A DNA stretch of 63,025 bases, filler included, from Rhabdomonas costata (GCA_019059605.1; 44 parts of 44 records of this genome joined end to end with filler, not necessarily neighbours in it); one strand, 5' to 3'; positions 50,118 to 62,584 are shown, counted from the first letter of the whole stretch. The notes: generated by a model from the sequence alone, not told the origin. A program made the numbers and translations.

Positions 50118-51024
50118 NNNNNNNNNNNNNNNNNNNNNNNNNNNNNNNNNNNNNNNNNNNNTTAATTAATTAANNNNNNNNNNNNNNNNNNNNNNNNNNN
50201 NNNNNNNNNNNNNNNNNGGGGGGTTGTGGTGCAGACCAGCAGCCAGGGGGAGCGGTGTGTATGGGCGCGCATGCGTACGTACTTCGTAGAACTTATATTC
50301 GTGACAATTGGTACCAAAAGTTTTGTGTATTTATTATCGTTGCTGGGATTTGTCAGACAATGGGACAGGACTTTTATCGGGGCGTAGCCCTGTCCACGGC
50401 GCAGCCGAGCGGGCGATGGGTCAGGACGTTGCATGAGTGGGCGATGCTATGTTGAGCTCTGTTTACTTTTGGCACTGCTGACCGATGCGTGCACCCTCAG
50501 TTGAAAAATGATCGTAGATTGGTTCAGTTCCGTGAATTGGTATTCTGAGCGTGAGCCTTCTCGCTGCGTTCGCGCTGCTCGTTGTGCAATTTCACGATCT
50601 CTGTTCAAAACAAAAAACTCGAAACTCTAATTGTGGTGTGGTGTCGCAGTGGGCCCTGGGAGGGTTGAGTTTTCTTTTCTTGTACGAGAACAAAAGCCCA
50701 CTAATAGGCGAGGGAAGCTACGGGGAGGACAGGAAGGAGGGAAGTACTAACCCGGACAGAAAGGAGCAGGACTACCACAGAGATTCAGAACAGCCTCTCC
50801 CTGTTGTTACTTGCGAGTGTTGATGCTTTGCGTCGCGTTTTTGCACGAGAACAGAGCCGAATAAAAGGAGGGGAAGACGCTGTCCCTTACTTAGCCTCTC
50901 TCAGTCTTTGAGATATTCCGTTGCGTTTGCTCCGGAAGTGGCGAACCGCATTGGGAAGTTGTTCCGCAGCTTCGCTCTGAATTCTCCGGCCCTTCTCGTC
51001 TTTTTTCTCCTTTCTGCTCCGCAG

Positions 51025-51235
51025 GCGGGTGGTGCTGCCAGCCTCCCACAGCTCCGCGTTTGACCAGGTCCAGGGCGGAGAGCTCCCGGTGCCTCCGCCT
51101 GCCGTCGGCGGGACTTCCGCCACCCACCACGTGCCTGCCGGGGGGTTGGGCCCGCTGCTGCCCTCTACTCAGGGCAGGCCCCCGCCCTCAGGGGGAACCC
51201 CGGCAGCTGGCCTCTCCAACCGAAGGCTCAGCCTG
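51025..51235 (+). CDS. Exon of a low-complexity Pro/Gly-rich protein
   Basis: Pyrimidine tract plus cag| acceptor, open frame, CTG|gttcaa donor. Confidence 0.4.
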
Positions 51236-51382
51236 GTTCAACCTTTCTCTGCCTGCCCTCTCTAACCTTATCTCAGACTCCATTCAACCCGTCCTCAACC
51301 CATTTCAGGTTAGAAGGTTCCGACAACACGACCTCAAACACCTCATACAGGTGCAAAGAACCCCGAAGCTTCTAAAGCATAT

Positions 51383-51437
51383 GCGGGGTTGATGATGACC
51401 CAACCACTCCGCGGGGTTGATGATGACCCAACCACTC
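51383..51437 (+). repeat. 28-bp tandem duplication
   Basis: gcggggttgatgatgacccaaccactc(c) x2. Confidence 0.9.
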
Positions 51438-52359
51438 GCAACGCGGCCACTCCAGTAGTGCACGAGATCAGCCAGTGGCTGAGTTCTGAGTTTACCCCTT
51501 TCAACCTCATTTACTCTTCACTTCTCCTTTCGCTATGCTGATCTGTCCTGGNNNNNNNNNNNNNNNNNNNNNNNNNNNNNNNNNNNNNNNNNNNNTTAAT
51601 TAATTAANNNNNNNNNNNNNNNNNNNNNNNNNNNNNNNNNNNNNNNNNNNNGTGTGGTAACAAGCTGTCCCCCGTGCTGCACTACCGGATGGTGGTGGTG
51701 AAGGGGGGGGGGTTCCATGAGCATCACCATCACCCAAGAACCATCATCAGGAAGAAGCACAAAAGACGAAGAAATGCACCGGGCCCGAAAATAGCTCGCT
51801 CACCCTCCTCAGAGTTTTCACTTTCGGTGCAAGTCTGTGGATTTTGCTGATTTTTACCAGACTCGTCAACAGGGTTTCTTCACAAGGGTTTGGGCTTTCA
51901 CTGGCATAAGTCGTGTGCGCCCCAAATGTCCACAAAAATCCACATACACACAAAGAATGAGTCATAACCATCATAGCCATCAGAGCGGCCGTATCTTACG
52001 TGTCAGGCCTGTATGTCACGTGGCAGTGGCAGGCACGCGCGAGCCATAGACCCAGAGGAATCACTGTTGTGGGGACTAGGCACCCCCCGACACCTATCTT
52101 GTCAGAGGTCAGTAGTTGATCGGTTACCAACTGACAACGAGCTTGTGCACCAATCACCCGCACATCCGCAGCGCGCACAGCACACATACCCACACACTAC
52201 AACCTGAAGACGTTCCGCTGACGCATTGAAACTTACGCGCACATCTTCCGCACTCCGCGCTGATCGGTATTCATACATATGCGGCCAAGTCACAGGCGCT
52301 TCCCAAATCCAGGCTCAGGCAATTGCGCACACAGCATGCGCTGTATGCTAATCTTACAG

Positions 52360-52584
52360 AGCGACGCGGCCAAGCAGCTGGCTGGTTACGCCAACTGGAC
52401 CGACTTCACCGCAAGTTGTGCCTGCAGTGACGCCAACCTGGCCAGCTCCAGCCTGCTGCCCTTCACCGAGGAGAGGTGGGCCTGCCTCAACGGCCGTGTG
52501 GTGTTCCGCCGCCGCTACTCCCGCCCTACCAGCGGGCTTGCGGTGCGGGACTTTTGCGACACGCAGTTCCAGTCCAACTGCACG
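52360..52584 (+). CDS. Exon of an uncharacterised Cys-containing, probably extracellular protein
   Basis: AG/GT-bounded 225-nt GC3-rich frame SDAAKQL...WACLNG...VRDFCDTQFQSNCT with N-glycosylation sequons. Confidence 0.6.
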
Positions 52585-53085
52585 GTCGGGGTGGTTGGGT
52601 CGGCGGCGACGCTTAGCTGTCCCTTCTCGACGGCTGACCTTGGGGAGCTGTGGTAACCGCTAACCGCCGGTATGCTGTTGCAGGAGTGACGTGACCGTGT
52701 TCCCTCCCGAAAATCCATCTGACAATCTTCTATGGCCAGCGAAGGTGAAGATGTGAAGATGTATCCTATAGTTACATTTTTTGTGAGGGCTTTCTGATTA
52801 TATTGGTCATGCTCTGTTATGTGAGGTAGTATGCTCTTGGAGTTATCACTATCAATGTCAGTCAGAAGAGCCACCTCAAACTGAGTTACGTGAACCAGAT
52901 AGTCTACCGATTTCCTGTATGTCTTGGACTGGAGGGTTTTTGTCTGCCTTGCAGTTCCGTGGATATTCGGGAGCTACTACAACAANNNNNNNNNNNNNNN
53001 NNNNNNNNNNNNNNNNNNNNNNNNNNNNNTTAATTAATTAANNNNNNNNNNNNNNNNNNNNNNNNNNNNNNNNNNNNNNNNNNNN

Positions 53086-54419
53086 GGGTTGTGTTGTAGA
53101 GCGCTTCAACACGCTCCAGATTGCCAGATAAACTGTGAAAGCTGAGCAGAAACACGCGTATTCGGAATGAGGGCCTCTCGCTTGATTCGAAAAGAGCTTT
53201 CTCCAGACGTAGAACATCTTCTCGGCAGCCTACCGCAGCATACGCCTTAATCAGCCCTTCCAAAACTGGACCGCCCGTGAGCCACGACGGATTTTCTGTG
53301 TTGGTTTCCTGCTCTAAACCACGGATCATCTCCAAATAGCTGGATTGCTGCTCCGGGTGCTGCTTCACTGCGGCTTTTGCGCAGGCTCCGATGATCAGAG
53401 TGCGAACATGACGAGAACTTCTCTGGCAACTTTCATTGACCTTCGTCTTCCGTTCCAGCACCGCCCCCACTTCCCCACAAGAGGCATACGCGGAAAGAAA
53501 CGCCATCATCACCTTCCTATCGAAACGGATTTGCTGTTGGGAGATCTCCTTCTCCAAACGTTGCAGGTCTCCCAATTGGCCAAATGATCCATAAGCCTCA
53601 GCGAGTGCTGCAGTGACAAGGGCATTGAATTTTGCCTTGAGGAACATGGGATCCTGCAGCAGCACTTCAAGCATGCTGTAATCTCCCAAGGCAGCAGCGG
53701 CGTCAATTAGTGCAGCGAATGTGGGGATCTCCGGTGCCGGCTTCCGAGCCTTCACTGCCTCCAGGGCCTCCCAAAGCTTCTTCCTGTTGCGAATGCGGGT
53801 GTACTGCCGAATACGAAGGTTAAAGACAAAGTTGCTTTTCGCATGAGGGGAAATCGAACAGAGCTTCTCGAAGGCGGTATAATCCTCCACTTTGATGAGA
53901 AGTCCTGCGTATTTTCTGAAGCCGCAGCCGTCGGTTGACCTCGTTTGCAGAGCTCTCCCCACCAGCGCTCTGCCCGCTGCTGAAGACCTCTGTCCTTGCA
54001 AGCATGCAGGAGCGATTCAAAGACATCCGTTGCCTGCAGCAGTTCCGCGGGCATCTCTTGCAGCAGAATCTCCACGTCACCGATCCGCTCGTTGTATTCA
54101 TAATGGTAAGCAACCGTGGCGTAGGAATCAACATTGGGAACGAGACCGCTGGACCAAAGCTCCTCTTTGACAGCGGCAAACCTGTCCTCGTCTTCCCAAA
54201 ATGAATAGACGTGGAGCAATGCATTGTACACTGCGGTACTTCTGGATAGAATGGGCTCATTCTCCCGTAGACGATTGATCTCCTCAAAGTCGGAGAACCT
54301 CTTCCCCAAAACCTTAATTAGAGCTGCCAGAAACGCGGAGTCCTTCCGAGTCCGTTGCTTTCCACACAACCGCAGCACCTCGTCGACCTTAGGACGATCA
54401 GAAAATTTCCCAAAAAACC
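53086..54419 (-). CDS. Pentatricopeptide-repeat (PPR)-like protein, partial at both ends, one frameshift near 53920
   Basis: ~35-aa helical repeats (VYNALLHVY...GLVPNVDSY; PTFAALIDAAA; AFLSAYASCG; GLIKAYAAVG) span two overlapping ORFs. Confidence 0.8.
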
Positions 54420-54524
54420 NNNNNNNNNNNNNNNNNNNNNNNNNNNNNNNNNNNNNNNNNNNNTTAATTAATTAANNNNNNNNNNNNNNNNNNNNNNNNN
54501 NNNNNNNNNNNNNNNNNNNGGGTG

Positions 54525-54624
54525 TGTTGCATTCTTTCCTTCCCTGATTCGTTGCGGAGCAAGTAACACGACTGGGCCTGATATAATCGCTCTGCAACGA
54601 ATCAGGGAAGGAAAGAATGCAACA
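54525..54624. repeat. Inverted repeat (~31-36-bp arms) at contig start
   Basis: tgttgcattctttccttccctgattcgttgc pairs with gcaacgaatcagggaaggaaagaatgcaaca. Confidence 0.9.
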
Positions 54625-55050
54625 GGTCACGGTCACACACACACACATGTTGTTCTGAGTTTTAAGGCCCGGTACTGTGCACTTGTCATCGAAACCCGCA
54701 TCACAGAAAAAATCTCAGAGCAGTTGTTGTGTGAGCAGAAGACGTGCGCAAAACCCCGCAGGGTTCTAAACAATAAGGCGACCAAACAACAAAAATACAG
54801 AAACTGGTTGACAAAATAGTCGTATGTGAGGACCGTCACCGCATGATGCAAATGATGCTTGCATTGATCAGTGTCCCTAAGCAGTCAAGGAGCAACACTG
54901 ACAGCAACAATACCCAGAGGTTTGCTCAACTAACTGTTCAATGTCCCGAATCCTACCCATCAGAACGGCTGATGGCGGGGCAGGAAATTACCAAGCCATC
55001 GCTGCTAAGGCCGCTACTCGGGGGGCGCTGTGGAGGATGCGTAGGAATAC

Positions 55051-55141
55051 CGAGGGGAATGTTCACCGCTTCTGGGGGACGGTCCCGGGCATGCTCCGCA
55101 GGAGTGCGCACGTCCACCAGGAGCGGCCTCGGGGATGCACT
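55051..55141 (-). CDS. Rhodanese-like domain exon
   Basis: PLLVDVRTPAEHARDRPPEAVNIPL motif; AG/GT bounded. Confidence 0.8.
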
Positions 55142-56916
55142 CTGCACACACATATACACATACCTTCAAAGACACACTCAGTTAAGGGTGCTGTGAGAAC
55201 TGACCGCGGTCAGCTGGAAGATACACATTGCAACCGTTGGCGCTGGGCAGGGGGCATGCTTCCGACCCGCATGGATATCACGCCGTGCGCACCCACACAC
55301 CCCACGGCTCGGGACTTCCCCAGGACTAAGACACTGCTCCGGGGCAGACCATCAGGGCAAGCACACATCCCGACAAAGAAAAGAGGTGCGCACACGGTAT
55401 CGACACATAACCGGAAAAATACCCACCGCATAACTTCTCGACAGCGAGAGTTGTGGCTTGCTCGGGTCATGCGATTCGGACAAACCTACTTCGGAATAGC
55501 TACCGCTTGGTAGAAGTCCCAGTTTTGATTGGGGGAGGCAGCCCCTGGGTTGCCGTAACATGCGTTTTTCTCGTTTCGGGGTCACAGGTGGACGCCACCA
55601 GTGAGTCAGCAGATACATTGTCTTATTTGGTTGAAAAAAGAAATGAGTGTAGTCAGTTTGGGCCGCGGTAAACGAGCCTCCAGTTTTCGATATTTTCCAT
55701 CTGGTCGATACATACATGTCGGCCCGGAGTCTGTACATTGGTATGCGGGAGTGTGAGGGACGTGTGCCGATGTGCGGAGGGATAAACACACCAGGTACTC
55801 GTCCCAGGTGGCCACGGCACACATCCCCCGCGGGGCGTTTGACACAACCAACCNNNNNNNNNNNNNNNNNNNNNNNNNNNNNNNNNNNNNNNNNNNNTTA
55901 ATTAATTAANNNNNNNNNNNNNNNNNNNNNNNNNNNNNNNNNNNNNNNNNNNNTCCGGCGAGTCCATTTTGATTCTTGTTGTCCACAAAAATCGTCAAGT
56001 CCACCTGCACCCACGCCGAATCACGCTTACCGGAAAGGCCACCCTGCAAACACTGTTAGAAATTTTGGAGAAAGCAAAAAAATCCCTGTGCAATGTGTTT
56101 GTCGTCGACTGCGATTTTTTGAAATGTACTTCCCCCTGATATCACTTATGTCGAGCTGTGAAGGGCTGGAGAATCCTCCCAATAATGGGCCCAGCCGCAG
56201 CAAGGTCGAGAGTCGAAATGCAAACAAAATGCACTCTTTTCCACATCAAGTGTTTCCGTGCATATCAAAGCACCCACAGAGCCGCACATTTTCGACAAGT
56301 TCTGACCTCAACAGCCAGCGGAGGACCCAAAATGAAATGTTTGGAATTCACTCTTTTTTATGTTCGCTTCTTTTGTCGCTCGCCTTGCTGCAGAAGCTGC
56401 AGAAGCTGCTCCATCACCAGGGCTCAGCCACACACCGGGGGCCCCACTGAAGCCACTTTGCTACATCTGCGGCATTGGTCTCTCTGACTTTTTAGCACAA
56501 AAAGAACTGCAAACTTGACAGCAACGCACCTTGGTGGATGTTTGTGAAAGCGGACGTACGGCGGTGTTCTGTCCCCGGTCCACGCACCAGACTTGTAGAA
56601 GTCCCTGGTCACCCGTTCCCCACCCAACCGCATTTGGGGGATTTGTGAGTTTTGTGAGTTTTGTGCGTTTTTCAATACTTTTGACTGGCACTGAATTCAA
56701 CTTTGAACTGGGTGACATCGAATTGTAGTGCTTTTTTTGGTCCACATGGAAATGAGTGTTTGTGCAATCCTGACTATCTTTAAAAACTGCCAAAGCGCAC
56801 CCGGCAGAGATGAGTTTAGAGGGTTCAGAGCGTCTTTCGGCGAACAATCAACCGCACGTCAAACAAGGGATGCCCACACTGGCAGGGTGAACCCCTGGTT
56901 TATCCTATCTATCCAG

Positions 56917-57173
56917 AACTGGAGCTTGCGGGGCTTCGCGCCCACCTCAAGGGATGCCTTGGGCGATGGCTTCGGGTGCAGCAACTTCTCCCCGTTGCTC
57001 TTCGGCAGCCTTTGTGCCGCCCCACGGCGAGCCCACGGCGGCGTGGGGAGTTGGCGGAGTACTGCGCTCAGGCCGCCAGCTGCGTAGCGCAGAACTGCGG
57101 AGTGCGCCCAGTTCGGGTGGGGGGTGGGGTCAGCATGGCCCACCAGGGGCTGTGTGACGCCCCCAACCGTGAG
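56917..57173 (+). CDS. Possible exon of an uncharacterised protein
   Basis: GC-rich island between atccag| and GAG|gttcgt with one frame open throughout. Confidence 0.4.
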
Positions 57174-57596
57174 GTTCGTTGTGCGCGTGCAATGCGCGTA
57201 ATTTGCTGTGTCGAAGTGAGTTCTAAATTTCAAGCGCGTTGCAAAGAGAGTTTTACTGGAAGGAAAGGGAGAAATCTATTCACAACNNNNNNNNNNNNNN
57301 NNNNNNNNNNNNNNNNNNNNNNNNNNNNNNTTAATTAATTAANNNNNNNNNNNNNNNNNNNNNNNNNNNNNNNNNNNNNNNNNNNNGGTTTGGTGGATGC
57401 CCCCCCCTCTCACCTGTTGCCTCAGGCACGGTATTTTGGCCAATTCACGCATGCTTTTTTTGGGGGGGGGCATTCACCAAATCCTCTGAAAACGTTTCGA
57501 TTTGCACAAAACGTGCGCTGGATCTGGGGAGGGCCTTATTGGAAGCAACCCCTTTCCTTTGCGTGGCCCTCCTCCTGAGTGGCTTTCGCTCCTTAC

Positions 57597-58475
57597 CCCG
57601 TGGAGCGATCCCCAGCGAAGGAGAGCGCGCACGCCGCCTTGAGCGCGGGGCGGCGGCGGACGAGCTTCCGGCTTTGGTGGTCGCCGAGAAGAGCTCGGGG
57701 AGGAACATCGGAAGCTTCAGCTTCTCCAGTGCTGTGCCGTCCGCTGTGGTGACGCGCCAGCTGGCCAGTTTGTGGGAGCTCAGCCCCATGGCTTCGCATG
57801 CCCCGGACAGACCCCTGTGCGGCAGGCAACAATGCGCAACAATGGATTGGTACTTTAGAGAACCGAGGCATGGGAAAGAAATGCGGGAGGAGGAGAAGGA
57901 GAGACAGATGGAATAAGTGGGGAAGATGCCGTCCGGGAAAACTGCGGTCGGATACTCTTTTTCTCCCTCGGCCCCAGCATCTTCCCAAGCCACAGACCGA
58001 TGTATGGATTACCTTCTCTCGCATGCTTTTCGAAGCACAGGGAAAACGAAGAAAAAGCGTAAAAAGCAAAGAAAATGACAAAAAAAAACAGGCGCTCATG
58101 ACCAAGAAGTCTATCTTCCGCAATGGCTGCATCCAGCGTATGCACGACAGCTAAGCCAGCATTCGTTCTTTGAGGGGAGGGACGAGGGAACGTGAGAAGG
58201 GAGCAAGCATTCTTTATCACCCATTGCAACTAACCCCCCTCCTCCCACTCAATCACCCGCCCCAGCCACCTGCACCGCCGGTGCTGCCCATTCACCCGGA
58301 CTTGCACGTGGCCCTGGATGTTCAGCACCCGCAGCTTGCGCTCGCCGCACCGCAGCTCATCTCCCACCTTCACCAGCCCACACCGCAGGAGCTGAGTCAG
58401 CTGAACCCCGTTTTGAGTAACGCTCGCAAGAGCCTGCGCTCGCTCTGGAGTGCCGTCGGAGTACTCTCGCAGTAC
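57597..58475 (-). CDS. Protein with a RAMA-like domain; exons 58475-58270 and 57814-57597
   Basis: Phase-2 GT-AG join gives GVQLTQLLRCGLVKVGDEL...GHVQVRVNG...RGLSGACEAMG...SWRVTTADGTALEKLK; the exons are well supported, the domain name is pattern recognition. Confidence 0.6.
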
Positions 58476-59052
58476 CTGAATCAACCACCCCTCACCTCAG
58501 TCTGTACACCATTAACAAACAGTGCCGTGGGCCCATCGTGCGAGGGACAAATTTTCTGTAATTCACTTTTTCATTCACAAACATTAATCTTCCCTGTTTC
58601 CGAAACCTGAAAAAGGTTTTCAAGCAATTCCAAGGAAGAGCTTATACCGAGGCGATCCAGGCAGCCCGCTCATCGTGCAAGGACAACCGGTGAGACCACC
58701 ACCCAAACAGGAAAAAAACANNNNNNNNNNNNNNNNNNNNNNNNNNNNNNNNNNNNNNNNNNNNTTAATTAATTAANNNNNNNNNNNNNNNNNNNNNNNN
58801 NNNNNNNNNNNNNNNNNNNNGGTTTGTTGTGTTGAGGCCTTTTCGACACCGTCGTTTCAGCTGAGTTCGTTTTTGATTTCAGAGTGCACTGTGAGCATGC
58901 CGCACGCCCGTGCCCCAGCATAGTGTTTCGGTTTGGCATTTGTTTCATTGGTAGTGCTTCGAATTGGTAGAGCCATTTCACTCACCGATTTTTATTGAGC
59001 GCTTCCCTCATGTCAACCCATCCAACATCCTTCCCGCCGGCGGTTAATTTAG

Positions 59053-59613
59053 GTTACGTACCGCAACGAGAATGAGATATCGGAGAAGGCCAAGCAGTGG
59101 ACAGAGCTGCAGAGCAAGGTGGGTGGGTGGGTGTGAGCTACGATTGTATCCTTTCCATGAAGTTATTTGCGTGCATACACGGCGGACTTCGTCAGCGCCC
59201 GCGTTTTTTTTCACAGACTGCATCATTTCATGTCTGTCCTGTCCTTTTGCCCGAGAAACTAGGTCCGCAGGTATCTCGTTTCGTTTGGGGAATAAATCAA
59301 AAAAAGTTACGTAAAAATACGTATAAAAAAATTTGGCACGTCGAAATTCAAACCACAAGATTTTGCCTCCTTCGGTTGGGCTCAGATGGACACGGGACCC
59401 GAGAGGGGGGGTTGTTCCAAATTGTCTCTTTTCCCTTTTATGCTCACAGTTGGAGGTTCCGCTGCGGGAGAGCAAGGTTGTGCAGCAAGCCGCGTTTGAG
59501 GCCCGGCTCAAGAAGATGCGGGCGCAGAAAGCCACGGTGGCCGCGGGGTACGGCAAGTGCCTGCGGTGGAAGGAGACGGCGCGGAAGTGGATCGAGTCTC
59601 GCCGCACCACCGG
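59053..59613 (+). CDS. Two exons (59053-59118, 59450-59613) of an uncharacterised charged helical protein
   Basis: Phase-0 GT-AG intron joins ...TELQSK|LEVPLRE... in frame. Confidence 0.6.
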
Positions 59614-60122
59614 GTTCACTTCCTTCCCCAGTCCCCCTCCTCCCTCCCCGCCATTCACGCCATACCTTTCTGGGGCTCCGTGTGAAATAATTCGCCGTTG
59701 CGAAAGACATCGAATGCTCCGGTTTGCCTTGTCCTTTTGATTATTTCCATGTCAGTGTCGATTCCACGTCAGAGGCGATCTTTTTCTGTGAAACCCACAT
59801 TAACTGAAGGAGAACGTTGTGTGTGTGTGAAACAGAGAGGGGGAGAAGGGAGAACTGCAGAGTGCCGCGGCATATATGACGAAGATGGGTGCAAAGGAAA
59901 AATTGTACTATTGCTACTCCTTGGCCATCAACACGCGCGCTGGGTCCTCGCAGTTCACAATAATCCTCCTATCACCTGCGGGGCCCTTCACCGAACTTCT
60001 CGACTTTTTCCACGCACATAGAGCGCCTTCAAGACAACCGGCACCGTCATTCAGACAAGAGATTGTATCGTCATAGACAAACGACAGTTGAGTGGTCCCC
60101 CATCGTTTGCCATCGTTATTTG

Positions 60123-60125
<3 letters not shown>

Positions 60126-60156
<31 letters not shown>
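60126..60156 (+). repeat. (CA)n microsatellite at contig end
   Basis: ~15 CA units. Confidence 0.95.
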
Positions 60157-60556
60157 NNNNNNNNNNNNNNNNNNNNNNNNNNNNNNNNNNNNNNNNNNNN
60201 TTAATTAATTAANNNNNNNNNNNNNNNNNNNNNNNNNNNNNNNNNNNNNNNNNNNNGTGGGCAATTCTTACAAGCAGGGGTGTTTTCCTGGTTCAAAAAC
60301 GGCACCAAACTCACCCTCCCAGATTCATCAGGAAACGCTCACAGGGCGCATTTCATTCCGACAATATCGGTGAAAATCGAAAATTTCCCCCTCCAAATCT
60401 CTGTAAGTCCGAAATGTCTCCCTTTTGGGAAACGGTTTTCCACCTCTCAGTTTTGAGGTGAAACGGGCAATATTAAGACCTTTGCTGTTATTGCGCAGCA
60501 CCTGCACCTCTCTTTTTCTTTTCCCTCTTTTTTTTTAAAATCCCACGTCTTGTGGG

Positions 60557-61084
60557 ATGTCGTGTGACCGCGGTCTGGCCTGCGCTGCGTTGGCCTGGCC
60601 CCTCGCCTCCGCTACGGGCTTCTTCCTGCTCTCCGCACTCCTCCAGAGCGCTGTGGTGGTGCTGCTCACCCACCACACCACAGCCCTCAGCCCCATCGCT
60701 CGGGCGGGTGTCCTGAGCCTTACATGCATCATCTTTGGGGTGATGCACGCCACTGTGAGCCGTGCGCAGCTTCTCCGCTTTGCCCGGACCCTGCTGGCCC
60801 AGAATGGCCTGGGCGTGCCCGCTGCCGCGACAGGGAGCTTCTCTGCAGAGCTTTGCCGAAACAGCAGTGGTGGTGAAAGTCTCGCCACTGGACTAGAGGG
60901 GCAGACGGAGGGCCGACGGCTGGGGTGGTGGGTGTGGTCAGAGCTGCGCGGGGTGTGGGCACAAGCCGAGGAGTCCCGCCGCAGGGCGGGAAAGGCCATC
61001 GGCTTACTGTCGGTGGGCCCAGGGCTGGGCCGGATCTCCCACTTCCTGAACACTAACCTCAACGCCATCTTAGGAGCGGCGCAG
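60557..61084 (+). CDS. First exon of an uncharacterised membrane protein (two N-terminal hydrophobic segments)
   Basis: ATG after a pyrimidine tract, 528-nt GC-rich frame, CAG|gttatg donor. Confidence 0.55.
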
Positions 61085-61307
61085 GTTATGCAACCTGCTT
61101 CATCATTTTTGGTGCGGGTACACATGCATTTGCTGATGGTGTCTCCTTTCCACAATGGAACCCGAGAACATATATGCCCATCCCTGTGCACCATACGCAG
61201 CGTGCGCGGTGTCCAAATTCAAATTGGTTCGGCTCCGAAGCACGCAAAGGATGTCTGGGTACTTTCGTACCACGCGCCTTCCGGGTATTGGCCGCCTTTT
61301 ATATTTA

Positions 61308-61358
61308 AAGCTGGGGATCGTACCAAGCTGGGGATCGTACCAAGCTGGGGATCGTACC
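61308..61358 (+). repeat. 17-bp perfect tandem repeat x3
   Basis: aagctggggatcgtacc x3 with no spacers. Confidence 0.95.
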
Positions 61359-62103
61359 ACTGCACCCTGCATCCCCACATAAGGGGCCCACTTGCTGAAT
61401 ACTAACCTTAACTATTCTGCGAGCAGCACAGGTTGCGCATCGGGCACTTCACGGGTGACTTCTTTTAGTGTTGACTTCAGGGATGATAAAAAGGACAGCG
61501 AATGCTTCGGATTCTTGGATTCAGCGCCGAAAACGTGTTGTATGCGGGTGACGTTCCTCGCGCACATCCCTCGGATATATAGACGGCAGTGNNNNNNNNN
61601 NNNNNNNNNNNNNNNNNNNNNNNNNNNNNNNNNNNTTAATTAATTAANNNNNNNNNNNNNNNNNNNNNNNNNNNNNNNNNNNNNNNNNNNNTGAGCGCTG
61701 TGTTTTGTGGAGCTGCCTTCCCTCGAGAAGTTTAGGCAGGTTCGGGGGTACATTTTATTGATTGCACGGGGCCTGGTTCCCATTTCATGTTTCGGAGAGG
61801 GGCAGTGGGCACAGTGCCGTCCTCGAAATAATGCGTGGATCAATTTCTATGAAACGAAGGAACTCCTCTTCTTCGTCAATAGTCTGAACGTTCACGTGCC
61901 GGTACTACCGAGCGTCTGGTAGAAAAAATGTTGCGAAAGTTCCATGTGTGCATGTTATGTACTCGAAAGTTCCTAAAATTGGTCCGGAGAGAAGGTATTT
62001 TGATATTGTGCACGTGGATCGTTCACTGCACATGCTTTTCCATTTGTGTCGGAATGGAATGGCGAGCGGACGCTGGCGCTATTTGTCTCGGTTTTTCGGA
62101 AAG

Positions 62104-62584
62104 GCCTTTACGGAAGCGGTGCACCCCTACCTCTCCTTCCGCGGGAATCTGTTCCGGGGTTTTCTGAACTACTACTGGGTGGACACCGAGGCTGACCACG
62201 AGAAGTTTTTTCCGTGCAAGGTTTGTTGTTTGTCCACACACACAAACCTTGCAAGACAAGACACTTTGGCGCCAACCTCAAAAACAAAGCAAAAAGTCGT
62301 GGCCACCCAAATTCGACAGTCGCTGCTAATTGCCGTGTTGTAGCCCATTGTGCTCATATCCACGGTATCCTCGCCGACTGTGCGGAACCGCTACAGGGAG
62401 AACCACCCCACCTCCCCTGCCCTCCATCGCTCCATACTTGCGCTTTGCAGGTCTTCGGAGAAGAAGAAGTCCACCGAAAGCTGGAGGAGTTGGTGAACTC
62501 CCCTCTTAGGAACCCGGAGAAGTCCTTCTGGGAGGTCCACTACATCGAGAATACCGGTCAGGGCCGCGGAGCTGTCCTTATCCG
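62104..62584 (+). CDS. Wax ester synthase/DGAT (WS/DGAT)-like acyltransferase; exons 62104-62220 and 62451-62584
   Basis: FRG...YYWVD, then LEELVNSPLRNPEKSFWEVHYIEN....GAVLIR, the segment preceding HHxxxDG; in-frame GT-AG intron; the catalytic motif itself is not in the contig. Confidence 0.75.

Noticed and set aside
8614..55141. Functional cluster of Moco sulfurase with rhodanese, or of SDR with WS/DGAT
   Set aside because: The genes are on separate contigs, so co-occurrence in the window is arbitrary.
1337..61691. Regularly spaced TTAATTAATTAA as a CRISPR-like array or biological repeat
   Set aside because: Always centred in fixed-length N runs; it is an all-frame stop linker added in silico.
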